Source: an uncultured Bacteroidales bacterium (GTDB lineage: Bacteria > Bacteroidota > Bacteroidia > Bacteroidales > FEN-979). From it: 64,000 nt of DNA. The notes under the pieces are model-generated. The model ran no database searches, was not told the origin of the DNA, and was given only the letters and a program-made list of their open reading frames with translations. Shown one piece after another: positions 1 to 9,343 of the stretch. The position numbers and the translations under genes were made by a program. How positions within the stretch are numbered: position 1 is the first letter of the stretch; the number at the start of each line of letters is the position of its first letter. The stretch is taken from positions 44,566 through 108,565 of the forward strand of contig CAIRDP010000061.1 of NCBI GenBank assembly GCA_903877385.1, written 5' to 3'.

Positions 1-239
1 TTATCCAGACCAATGCGGCCTACGGTAATGTGGGATATGGTTTCGTGGAACAGGCCTGGGAAGGCTTGAACTCGGGAAGCGACAGGGTGAAGGAATTTGA
101 GAATAACATACGAAACTCGCCTGAGTGGCTGGATAAAGTGAAGCAGAAGGCGAAAGATAATAAGGTTTCGCTCGATGAGCAGATCCACCGTGATGCGGTA
201 TATATGGTTGACCAGGAGGTCTTGAACAGCAAAAAATAA
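1..239 (+). CDS. 3' end of a CDS that starts upstream of the window (hypothetical protein)
   Basis: Frame 3 is open from nt 3 to the TAA at 237-239. The track ORF 30..239 is only the Met-initiated tail. Same strand as the MBOAT gene and 4 nt upstream of it. Confidence 0.4.
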   Translation, partial: IQTNAAYGNVGYGFVEQAWEGLNSGSDRVKEFENNIRNSPEWLDKVKQKAKDNKVSLDEQIHRDAVYMVDQEVLNSKK

Positions 240-243
240 TACT

Positions 244-1701
244 ATGTCATTCAGCAGCAGCCTATTCCTTGTTTATTTTCTACCGGTATTCCTTATACCC
301 CTGTTCCTCATCGACAGGAAGTACAAGAATTACTGGGTGCTTCTCGCCAGTGTCTTCTTTTATGCCTGGGGAGCTCCCACCTTCGTTTTTGTGTTGCTTG
401 CCTCGGTGCTTATCGATTTTTATTTATTACGGTGGATGAGTGGGAAAGAGTGTGAAACGCGCAAGATTCTTTTCTGGATTTCGTTGCTGCTGAACCTGGG
501 CTTGCTGCTTTATTTCAAGTACATGAATTTTTTCGTTGAGCAGCTGGATATCCTGTTCGGCCACTTTGGCGCCAATCCTTCGCCCTGGTTGAAAGTGGCC
601 CTGCCGCTGGGAATTTCGTTCATCACTTTCCAGAAACTGGCCTATACCTTTGATGTGTATAAAAGGCAGTTTGCTCCCTTCGAAAAGCTTGAACATTATG
701 CCATGTATATCCTGATGTTCCCCCAGCTTCTGTCGGGTCCCATTGTAAGGCCGAAACAGATCGCTGCACAGATCGCCGACCGCAGCCAGCAGGAAAGCAT
801 TGACGACAGGCTGACGGGCTTTTCGCGCTTTGCCATCGGCCTTGCTAAGAAAGTATTGATAGCCGATGTGCTGGGAGAACAGGTCAATGCCATATTTGCA
901 ATGAATTCGGCCCAGCTTTCCAGCGGAATGGCCTGGATTGGGGCCCTGGCTTACACTTTCCAGATCTATTTCGATTTCAGCGGGTATACCGATATGGCCA
1001 TTGGTATTGCAAGGATGATGGGATTCAGGTTGCCCGAGAATTTCAACAGCCCTTATGTTTCGGGCAGTATAACCGAATTCTGGAAACGCTGGCATATCAC
1101 CCTGGGCAGCTGGTTCCGCGATTACGTATTCCTTCCGTTGGCATATTCTATTTCGCGTAAGCTCCCGAAGGAGAAATACCTCGGGCTCCGGGCCGATAAA
1201 GTGATTTACCTCATCGCCACCTCGGTGACCTTCCTGCTTTGCGGCTTCTGGCACGGGGCTGCGTGGACCTTCATTCTATGGGGAATGTACCAGGGGCTAT
1301 TCCTGATCTTCGACCGGCTGTTTTTGCTGAAGTATTATAAGAAAGCAGGCCGCCACGTCAGCGTGACCATTACATTTTTTATCACCCTGTTCGGATGGGT
1401 GCTTTTTCGCAGCGAAAGCCTGGATTTTTTCAGGTTTTACATCCGCCGGATGTTTGCTTTCAGGGGAGGCAATAATGAGCTCTGGCTTAACCCGAAATTT
1501 TGGACGGTACTGATGATTGCCGCGGTGTTTTCGTTTATAGGGTTCAGCAAAAAGGCCGAAGCCTGGCAGGGAAAACTGTATGATATGCCGAAAGATGCAG
1601 TCATCATAGGTTTTTCAGTCCTGGGAATGGTCCTTTTCGTATTGTCACTTGCATCTATCACTTCAACGGGTTTCAGCCCGTTCATATATTTCAGGTTTTA
1701 A
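244..1701 (+). CDS. MBOAT-family membrane-bound O-acyltransferase (AlgI/DltB-like)
   Basis: 485 aa and polytopic. Carries MBOAT hallmarks FWKRWHITLGSWFRDYVFLPL and CGFWHGAAWTFILWG (conserved His). Confidence 0.9.
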   Translation: MSFSSSLFLVYFLPVFLIPLFLIDRKYKNYWVLLASVFFYAWGAPTFVFVLLASVLIDFYLLRWMSGKECETRKILFWISLLLNLGLLLYFKYMNFFVEQLDILFGHFGANPSPWLKVALPLGISFITFQKLAYTFDVYKRQFAPFEKLEHYAMYILMFPQLLSGPIVRPKQIAAQIADRSQQESIDDRLTGFSRFAIGLAKKVLIADVLGEQVNAIFAMNSAQLSSGMAWIGALAYTFQIYFDFSGYTDMAIGIARMMGFRLPENFNSPYVSGSITEFWKRWHITLGSWFRDYVFLPLAYSISRKLPKEKYLGLRADKVIYLIATSVTFLLCGFWHGAAWTFILWGMYQGLFLIFDRLFLLKYYKKAGRHVSVTITFFITLFGWVLFRSESLDFFRFYIRRMFAFRGGNNELWLNPKFWTVLMIAAVFSFIGFSKKAEAWQGKLYDMPKDAVIIGFSVLGMVLFVLSLASITSTGFSPFIYFRF

Positions 1702-1729
1702 AGGGAATCGTGATGAAGATGAAGATGTG

Positions 1730-3031
1730 ATGCAAACTAAAAAAATACTCCTTTTGTTGATCCTGCTGCTCTTTTGCCTTCCGTACCTTCAGTCGGAATT
1801 GCAATTTGCAAAAGAAAAGCCGCTTTCGGGATATTTCGGGCTGCTTGCCGAACCTTCACTGGATTCCTTTAACCTGGGTTCATGGAAAAAAGGGAATTTC
1901 CAGGCAGAAATTACCAATAGGGTAAATGACCACCTGGGTTTCCGTCCCTCCCTGTTAAGGATCAACAACCAGCTGGATTATTCTTTGTTTGGACTGACCC
2001 ATGCCGAAGGTTTTGTGAAAGGGGAAGGAAGGAATTTTTTCCAGGACGATTACATCTCTGAATTCGACGGCAGATTTTTTATCGGCAGGGGAGTGCTCCT
2101 GAAGAAACTATGGAAGCTGAAGGATGTACAGGACAGCCTGGAAGCCCATGGAATTCACATGCTTCTGGTTATAGAACCCTGCAAAGTGTCTTACTTTACC
2201 GAATCGGTTCCTTCCCATCTTTTGAAACAGCCCCTGAGGGAGTCAAATTATCATTTCATTTCATCCAGGCTTGATACTTACGGCATTCATAATCTGGACC
2301 TGAACTCCTGGTTCCGGCTGATGAAGGATACTTCGCGCTACCCTCTTTTTTCGCCTTACGGCATGCACTGGAGCGTATACGGTGAGCATCTGTCGCTGGA
2401 TACCGTTATGCGCTCAATTGAACGTGTTTCGGGAATAACTATGCCGCATATCAGGATTACGCGAATCCGCCTGAGCGATTCACTTTATCAAACCGATAAT
2501 GACATCGGTCGGCTGCTAAACCTGGTATGGGAACTGCGAAAGGTGAGCCTGCCTTATCCCGGGATCAGCATCGGCCGCAAAGGCGTTGACACTTCGTTGA
2601 AGACCCTTGTAATTGGCGACAGTTATTATGAAACCATATTGAGGGATGTTCGCGGGCCTTTGTTCCCGGGTTCTGAATTCTGGTATTACAACTCCATGCT
2701 CTATCCCTACATCTACGACGATAACAACACCAGGATGGTTGATAAGTCGGGGATACTCAACAAGTACGGGAAGTTTAAGGTGATCCTCCTGATGACTTCG
2801 GGGATCAACTTTCATTCCTTCCTGTGGAATTTCATGGATGAAGCGTATGCTGCGTTTCATCCCGGCTACAAGGAACCGCCGGTATATGAATGGGAAAATG
2901 CCATCCGCAACCTGAGGCCCTGGTTCGAGAAGGTAGCCGTCAAGGCCGAAAAACGCGGCAGGCCGCTTGAACTCCAGCTTCACGATGAAGCGGAGTGGAT
3001 GCTAAAGCAAAATGCTGCCCGGGCGAAATAG
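1730..3031 (+). CDS. Putative SGNH/AlgX-AlgJ-like O-acylation partner protein, signal-anchored
   Basis: Start moved to MQTKKILLLLILLLF (signal/anchor), just after the MBOAT stop. Has a GDS-like block (LVIGDSYYE) and an MHWS motif reminiscent of the DxHW motif of AlgJ/AlgX. Lies directly downstream of the MBOAT gene. Confidence 0.5.
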   Translation: MQTKKILLLLILLLFCLPYLQSELQFAKEKPLSGYFGLLAEPSLDSFNLGSWKKGNFQAEITNRVNDHLGFRPSLLRINNQLDYSLFGLTHAEGFVKGEGRNFFQDDYISEFDGRFFIGRGVLLKKLWKLKDVQDSLEAHGIHMLLVIEPCKVSYFTESVPSHLLKQPLRESNYHFISSRLDTYGIHNLDLNSWFRLMKDTSRYPLFSPYGMHWSVYGEHLSLDTVMRSIERVSGITMPHIRITRIRLSDSLYQTDNDIGRLLNLVWELRKVSLPYPGISIGRKGVDTSLKTLVIGDSYYETILRDVRGPLFPGSEFWYYNSMLYPYIYDDNNTRMVDKSGILNKYGKFKVILLMTSGINFHSFLWNFMDEAYAAFHPGYKEPPVYEWENAIRNLRPWFEKVAVKAEKRGRPLELQLHDEAEWMLKQNAARAK

Positions 3032-3122
3032 TAAGATTATCAGCGGAATGAGTTTTACCTAAAAGGTATCAGGCCCGGCGAAGCGAAACGCAGGCGTACT
3101 GTGAAGATGCGGGGATCCCCGT

Positions 3123-6100
3123 TTATTGAACCAGCAGCTTGACAACACTCTTTTTCGTGCCGTAAGCTGTTTTAAGGATATACATACCCTGTTTCAGAGA
3201 GCTGGTATTCAGGACCACCTTGTTTTGCTGGGCTTCGGTGGTTTCTGACAATACGCTAAGACCGCAGATATCGAAAATTTCAATCTTCACCTCCCCCCTT
3301 ACGGTCCCGGGCAAACAGATGGTAACGAAGTCTTTCGCGGGATTGGGATAGATAAGGCAGTTAACCGGGGTTTCATTCGATATGCTTGTCCCCAGGGGGA
3401 TGATAATGAAGTTTTTCCTGGTAAGGGATTCGGTTTTAATACCGTTTGAAACAGTCAGGCTTACGTCGAATGACCCGCCGTTAGGGTAACTCACCACAGG
3501 GTTCCTCGCAGAGGAAGAGGCAGGGCTTGCACCCTTGAATTCCCATTGCCAGGAAGTTATATCAGGATAGGAATCATCAACGAAAGTGAGGGTATCGTTT
3601 ATGTTCGGTCTTGTTTTAGTGGCATGGAACAAGGGGAAGGGCCCGCTCAGGTTGACGTTGAAAAAATCCAGGTAACGTTGCATCAGGACTTTCCGGGAAG
3701 AGGGAAAAACACTGTCGTTCAAACCTCCGAATTCAAAAAGCGAAGCAATGGTTTTATAGCCTCCTTTGTCATAAGTAACCTGGAGGCTATGGGGGCTGGA
3801 ATCATAGTTCTCGAAGGTGGTGGAGGCACTGTCCATAGGTTTCAGGTCATAAACCGATCCGTTGATGTCGTTCTCGTAACTGAAATACATGCCGCTGGCA
3901 AAAGTCCGGGCGCAGCCTTTAAACCTGGAGTAAAAGAAAGCCGGGATGCGGTCGGAGGTATATTGAAAATAAGGCAAAACCGCATGGGAAGCTTTTTGTG
4001 ACCAGGTTGAATATCCTTCCATATAAAGGTTCCCTCCCTTGTTCAGATAGTTGGAGAAGGTTACCGATTCAAGGGCTGTAAGGTAATGTTCATAGCTGTT
4101 GGTCCCGTTGAGAAGGAATACTGCCCTGTATCTTAAGGGATCGAAATTGCTGGAGGTAAACACGTCATTTGGAACATTAAGGCTGTCGAGAGCGGTGAGC
4201 ATGGGCTGAAGTGAAACGGACGACTGCGACAGCCTTGCTATTGCAACCGGCTGCCTTCCCAGCGGGATACTGAACTGAAATTCGTTTTCGCGGATGTTAT
4301 CGCCCGTGACTTTAAACGAAAGGATGCTGTTCTGGATTGAGACTGCATAGGATGAAGCCTTGACCAGGAAACGGTATGTTAAATTACCCGGGGGATTGAA
4401 TTGTTCAATTGTTACCGACGGATCTGAAAGTATTCTTATAAGCGTATCCTGGGGAAGCAGGTTAAGGCTGAGGTGAGTGGCGGCTGCATGGCCTGAATTC
4501 AGGAGGGTTATTTCGAGTTCGGCAACTTCCCCGGGGTCAAGGTGGTGGTTATCCCCGTCGATGATATCAGGTTGTAAAACGCTGATAGCCGGGGCAACAA
4601 CAGGTAAAATAATTGTTTCAACCCAATCCCTGCTGCCTGTTGCAGCCTGCAATGTGAATTTCTCGCTCGAAAGGTCCGTCAGAAGGCTGCCGGGCCTGAA
4701 AGTAAAGGCATGATTAAACTGAACCTGGTTCCCGGCAGTAAGCAGGCTTACATTGATTAAACTGTCCTGGAAGTGGATTGCAGTGTCGGTGCAGGCCAGC
4801 CTCAGGCTAAGGTTCTGCATATCCTGCTGTGTTTTATTTACCACGGTAAGGTTAAGCGAAACCGGGACATTGAAATTCAGATTGCCGTCCCATCCATCGG
4901 CAAAAGAGTATGTAAGCCCAAGTCCGCTTGATATCTGAAATACCTTGTTGTCATGCTGATGGCCTCCGTCCTCAACCCTTGCATTCACCGTATAGATGCT
5001 GGTTGTATCAGGGTTTTCGGCAGTAAGCAGTCCGCTTTCGCTGAGATGGAAGATATCATTATCCGAGGCCGGGATAAAGGTAAACGACTGGGATTGTAAG
5101 GAATTCCTGTCGCTGCTCTGTGCAATGTCAAACGACTGTCCGTCCCCGGCCGACCATCCCGTGTAAAGGAGAATGGAGACGAGAGGATTTGTAAAAAGCC
5201 CGTAACGCACTTCAAACCTTCCGTCGGGATAAAGTACCAGCTCCATGTTGTTATCGGCCGTGCCTGTGGTTTGGTTAACCCGCATAAACCAGCGGAACAC
5301 AACTTTTTGTGCTGAAAGGGAAAGGCACATACTGTCGACGGGGTTTGAGCCTGAAAAATATTTCCTTGAAAAAGCCGGGAATATACCCGCTATGGTTTTC
5401 AGCATAGTCAGATCATCGGTGGTATACTCATAAGGGATAAGCTTATTTTCAAAGGAGATGAGGCCAAGTGTATTTACCCAGGCCGTATCGTAGCGTTTCC
5501 CTGAAAAAGGAAAACTGAACGGAAGAGGAACCCCGATGTAGGGTGTGTAAATATTCGGCAGGCCGGGGAAGGAGCCGGGATACATGGTAAATACTGAATC
5601 GGTTTTAAGTTTGCTGAAGGTATGATCGAGAGACCAGTGGTAAGGCGCAATTCCGCCGCTGCATTGCAGTTGCTCCTGGTATGCCTGTCCGGGGCTGAAT
5701 AAGGGAATATCGGTAGTTGTGATCCTGACTTTATCGAATTGAGGACTTGCGGTAACAGAAGCATAGGTCCTTGAATTTTTAATACAGGGAATATCATGTA
5801 AAGGGCAGTTGTAAACGTTTGTCCCGTTAGTATAATTGATGAACGAAAGATGCAGAATCTCACCGCCGAAATTCATTGCCGAATCCTTGTTTTCAACCAC
5901 CAGGAAAAAGCGGGCAATTTTGCCGGGTTCTATATAACTTAAGAGGGGAGTAACATCCAGTCCGAATTCTATGGTGTCGGAACCGGGGATTGTATCCAAT
6001 CCCTGCATCGTATGGCAGTTTCCCTGGTAATTAAACATAGGGAAATCAATTTCATGTTCGGGAATTCCCAGGGAGGTGTCGGCACTGACTCCTGCCAGGA

Positions 6101-7172
6101 TGCGGAAATGATCACGGCAAAGTGATCTGAAAGAGGCTTTCATGGTCATCAGGGGCTGGTAATCGGCAAGCGGCTGGAGCACTACAACGTTTCCGTTCTC
6201 AATTCCGCCGGCTCCGTAAGGATATGCCATTGCGCTGTAGAGCACATAATAAAACCCCTGGTCACCCCAACCGTCGCCGTAGCTGTTTGCAATCCTGAAA
6301 CCTCCGATCTCCCAGTCACGGATATCCACCACTCCGTCGTTGTTAATATCGATGTTGTTCGTGTATTTCCCGTCGTTGTTTATATCGTAGCGGATGGAGT
6401 CATTATACCCCATCACGGTCCCTCCATGGGTTGCAAACCAGTCAAAATAGAGAGTGACTGGCTTATCCGCTTCGGGAGTTCCCTTTGGGAGTGTCCTGAA
6501 ATACCCGCCTCCGGGCGAATTGGCGGCAAAAAGGGCAACGCCTCCCACGGGAGAGCCTTCCAGATGATCATACAGGTAATGTTTCAAAGTGTTCTGCCCT
6601 TCTTCGGTTGTCATAGGAATGGTATAGATCCCTCCCAGGCGGTTATGCATACCGTTATAATATTTATCGTATCCCGAAGGCCATCCGAACTCTTTCATTG
6701 CATCATCCGAACCGTAGTCCATCTCGGTCATATGCCCCTGCTCACTTAGAATGTCCATGCTGTAATAATAGCTTACACCCTGGTAAGGGTCTGCATTATT
6801 GAAAAAATTAAAGGTGTAATGCGAAGGGTATAAGTTCTCGTTCAGCCGGCCGTTCAGGCCTCTCAGCCTGTTTATTTCATAACCGAAAGCATAGTAAACA
6901 CAATGATGCTGTTCGCAAGAAAAGAAGTGCCCCTGGTCATAGATTCCCGAGAAGCAGGCATTGGCAGAATTGTCAACAACCGGGGGCAGTAACGTATTCC
7001 TGCATTTTTCGGGCAGCCTGAGCACCGGGATTTCCCTCACCTTGTTCTCATTGAACGGGATGAACGACTTTGGGTTGGCGGGGATACCCTGGTATGTGTT
7101 GTCCTGAGCCCTGAGCCCTGGAATCACCGTCATCCAGAGCAGGAAAGAAAAGATTAAAGCCGATGTTTTCAT
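3123..7172 (-). CDS. Secreted papain-like (C1-type) cysteine peptidase with PKD domain and T9SS type A C-terminal sorting domain
   Basis: 1349 aa with a signal peptide. Papain-like triad context: DQGHFFSCEQ (Gln/Cys), ATHGGTVMGYND (His), ANSYGDGWGDQGFYYV (Asn-Ser-x-Gly..WG). PKD-like segment WQWEFKGA...FDVSLTVSNG. C-terminus LIYPNPAKDF...GMYILKT...VKLLVQ is typical of Por_Secre_tail. Confidence 0.8.
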   Translation of the reverse strand: MKTSALIFSFLLWMTVIPGLRAQDNTYQGIPANPKSFIPFNENKVREIPVLRLPEKCRNTLLPPVVDNSANACFSGIYDQGHFFSCEQHHCVYYAFGYEINRLRGLNGRLNENLYPSHYTFNFFNNADPYQGVSYYYSMDILSEQGHMTEMDYGSDDAMKEFGWPSGYDKYYNGMHNRLGGIYTIPMTTEEGQNTLKHYLYDHLEGSPVGGVALFAANSPGGGYFRTLPKGTPEADKPVTLYFDWFATHGGTVMGYNDSIRYDINNDGKYTNNIDINNDGVVDIRDWEIGGFRIANSYGDGWGDQGFYYVLYSAMAYPYGAGGIENGNVVVLQPLADYQPLMTMKASFRSLCRDHFRILAGVSADTSLGIPEHEIDFPMFNYQGNCHTMQGLDTIPGSDTIEFGLDVTPLLSYIEPGKIARFFLVVENKDSAMNFGGEILHLSFINYTNGTNVYNCPLHDIPCIKNSRTYASVTASPQFDKVRITTTDIPLFSPGQAYQEQLQCSGGIAPYHWSLDHTFSKLKTDSVFTMYPGSFPGLPNIYTPYIGVPLPFSFPFSGKRYDTAWVNTLGLISFENKLIPYEYTTDDLTMLKTIAGIFPAFSRKYFSGSNPVDSMCLSLSAQKVVFRWFMRVNQTTGTADNNMELVLYPDGRFEVRYGLFTNPLVSILLYTGWSAGDGQSFDIAQSSDRNSLQSQSFTFIPASDNDIFHLSESGLLTAENPDTTSIYTVNARVEDGGHQHDNKVFQISSGLGLTYSFADGWDGNLNFNVPVSLNLTVVNKTQQDMQNLSLRLACTDTAIHFQDSLINVSLLTAGNQVQFNHAFTFRPGSLLTDLSSEKFTLQAATGSRDWVETIILPVVAPAISVLQPDIIDGDNHHLDPGEVAELEITLLNSGHAAATHLSLNLLPQDTLIRILSDPSVTIEQFNPPGNLTYRFLVKASSYAVSIQNSILSFKVTGDNIRENEFQFSIPLGRQPVAIARLSQSSVSLQPMLTALDSLNVPNDVFTSSNFDPLRYRAVFLLNGTNSYEHYLTALESVTFSNYLNKGGNLYMEGYSTWSQKASHAVLPYFQYTSDRIPAFFYSRFKGCARTFASGMYFSYENDINGSVYDLKPMDSASTTFENYDSSPHSLQVTYDKGGYKTIASLFEFGGLNDSVFPSSRKVLMQRYLDFFNVNLSGPFPLFHATKTRPNINDTLTFVDDSYPDITSWQWEFKGASPASSSARNPVVSYPNGGSFDVSLTVSNGIKTESLTRKNFIIIPLGTSISNETPVNCLIYPNPAKDFVTICLPGTVRGEVKIEIFDICGLSVLSETTEAQQNKVVLNTSSLKQGMYILKTAYGTKKSVVKLLVQ

Positions 7173-9326
7173 CTATCTGATTAGTGTTACAGTTCCGGAT
7201 ATTTTACTGTTGTTTCCGGGTGAGTCTGACAATTCATAGGTTGCTATAAAGGAAAACACTCCCGAAGGGCAAGGTTTGCCTTTGGATGTGCCATCCCATC
7301 CTGTTTCCTGGTTGTCGGTAGTAAAGATCTGCTGTCCCCAGCGGTCAAAAATGCTCAGCGAAAATTTTGAAAGTGCAGGTCCCATGGGGTGGAAGTTATC
7401 ATTAAGGCCGTCACCGTTGGGAGTGAAAGCATTAGGGAAATAAACCATGGTGGAACAGTCGCGCACAAACGAGGTATCCTGCACTGCGCAGCTGTCCCTG
7501 CTTACCCTTACCCAGTAGATCCCGGGCAATGTCACGTTAAACAAAGAATCAGCTGATCCGTCCTGCCAGTGGTAGCTTGCTCCGGCAACCGTTGCGTGTA
7601 ACACGATGGTGGCCTGCGAACAAACAGCAGTATCGTGGACCAGGTTCAGATTGATGGGAGGTTTGAGTGTAATCCTCACCGTATCAGCTCCCGCACAATT
7701 ATTTGTATCAAGGGTATGCACCCAGTAAGTTCCCGCGTTTTTAACAAGGAGGGTTGATGTGGTATCGCCCGTACTCCAGAACAGGGATTTGAAATTTTTA
7801 CCCGGGTTCAACAAGTATTTTTGACCCTGGCAGATTGAAGTGTCGGGCTTGAGTTTTGTCGGGAAAAGCGGGTAAAGGCTGATGTTCACGGTATCGCTTC
7901 CCCTGCAGCCGAATTTGCTGATCCTGACCCAGTATTTTCCCGACTTTGTTACCTGTATCCTTCGGGTGGTATCGCCTGTTGACCATAAAATCGTGTCAGT
8001 GTTGGATCCTGCATCAAGGAAAGCTGTGGCCCCGGGGCAGATAAGGCGATCGGGGCCAAGATTGATGGGGGGTTTGTCCACTACAATGATGTGTTTGCAG
8101 ATATTTTGCTGGTTTATCATCCCTTCATTCACCGTAAGGCGCACGTTGTATGTGCCGGCCGAATCGTAGCTATAGGGAGGAGGATTAAATAAAGTCGACG
8201 AGGGAATGGATGAATTGGTGCAGGTGATGAAACTCAGGCGGGTGATTGTACTTGAGGTTTGGTTGCATACAAAGGTATACACCGTGTCTCTTAACCTTGT
8301 GATCTCCGAAAATTGCTGGGGCCTGTCGAGGTTGCCGGTATTTCCAATTTTCACGGTAGATGCCGGTCCTGCTATACCCTGTGGCATCAAAAGCCTGAAC
8401 AGCAGGTCTCCCGATTGCTGGTACCTGGTCATAAAGCCATTGGTTTGTTGGCAATCCCTTATGAGCATAATGCCCATGGCATCCGATTTGCATACCACCC
8501 CAAGGTTGGTCCATACCGGGGTGTTCAGCATCGAAGAGCCGAAACTGGCACGTGAAAGGGTGCTGTTCATCGAATTGACAACAAAACAATAGTAATCGGT
8601 ACCCTCCTGCACCACGCTGAGCGGGCCGGGATGGCTGAAACTGAATCCCTGGGAAATATCGGTGAACGTTGGCAGGTTCGCAAGACTGTTGCCGAATTCG
8701 ATCCTGAACATTTTATCACCCCAGGAACTGCTCGCAATCCCTATCCAGTGCTGGCTGTCCTGCTGAATGATGCTCAGACCGTGAAGACTGTACATGTCAG
8801 GTCCGGTGACCATAGTACTTATGTTTGGATAGGTTGCGAGAGAACTGCCGAAATCCAGTTTCATCAGCGTGGCATCATCCACAGCAAAGCCGTACCAGTG
8901 GCCGTTGTCATTTTTTACCTGTATGCCCTGTATGCTGTCGCTGAACTGGCTGTAAGTGATGTTCTTGGTCGAAATCGGGATTGGGTCGTTCCTGTATGTA
9001 TTCCCATGGTAAAAGCGGGTAATGGACCTGCTCCCCTGGTTGGTGACAAAACTGTAACAGTTCTGCCCGTCCTGGGCCAGGGTGATATAGGCCGACACTG
9101 AAAGATAACCGGAAGTATTATTCACTACCGAGCCTATAGGGTCAACGGCAGTGTTACCTGAACAAAAACTCCAGTAAAAAGTTGAACCTCCGGTAGTCAG
9201 GTTTGTAATATTCACGGGCCTTCCAACACAAACAGTATCAGGCAGAGTGAAGTCGGCAACGACCTGGGCGCTGAGATTATCACAGGCCAGGATGAGAAGT
9301 ATAACGATAAGGCTGTTAAATTTCAT
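7173..9326 (-). CDS. Secreted protein with PKD-like domains, three tandem Cys-containing repeats and T9SS type B (gliding-motility-associated) C-terminal domain
   Basis: 717 aa with a signal peptide. C-terminus VYFPNAFTPNGDGLNDNF...FDRWGQQIF...GWDG matches the type B CTD signature. Three ~60-aa repeats follow the pattern (..C.G....L.....LWSTGDTT......G.YWV.....C...DTV.I.L). Its stop abuts the start of the downstream peptidase gene. Confidence 0.85.
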   Translation of the reverse strand: MKFNSLIVILLILACDNLSAQVVADFTLPDTVCVGRPVNITNLTTGGSTFYWSFCSGNTAVDPIGSVVNNTSGYLSVSAYITLAQDGQNCYSFVTNQGSRSITRFYHGNTYRNDPIPISTKNITYSQFSDSIQGIQVKNDNGHWYGFAVDDATLMKLDFGSSLATYPNISTMVTGPDMYSLHGLSIIQQDSQHWIGIASSSWGDKMFRIEFGNSLANLPTFTDISQGFSFSHPGPLSVVQEGTDYYCFVVNSMNSTLSRASFGSSMLNTPVWTNLGVVCKSDAMGIMLIRDCQQTNGFMTRYQQSGDLLFRLLMPQGIAGPASTVKIGNTGNLDRPQQFSEITRLRDTVYTFVCNQTSSTITRLSFITCTNSSIPSSTLFNPPPYSYDSAGTYNVRLTVNEGMINQQNICKHIIVVDKPPINLGPDRLICPGATAFLDAGSNTDTILWSTGDTTRRIQVTKSGKYWVRISKFGCRGSDTVNISLYPLFPTKLKPDTSICQGQKYLLNPGKNFKSLFWSTGDTTSTLLVKNAGTYWVHTLDTNNCAGADTVRITLKPPINLNLVHDTAVCSQATIVLHATVAGASYHWQDGSADSLFNVTLPGIYWVRVSRDSCAVQDTSFVRDCSTMVYFPNAFTPNGDGLNDNFHPMGPALSKFSLSIFDRWGQQIFTTDNQETGWDGTSKGKPCPSGVFSFIATYELSDSPGNNSKISGTVTLIR

Positions 9327-9343
9327 GTTTATGATTTACTGCA

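Noticed and set aside
427-1254. 275-aa ORF on the minus strand inside the MBOAT gene
   Set aside because: It is fully antisense to a CDS with clear MBOAT motifs, and its translation is Arg/Gly/Pro-rich with no recognisable motif. This is a typical shadow ORF.
1649-1729. Upstream extension of the AlgX-like ORF (track start 1649)
   Set aside because: The extension overlaps the MBOAT 3' end. The Met at 1730 is followed immediately by a signal/anchor sequence.
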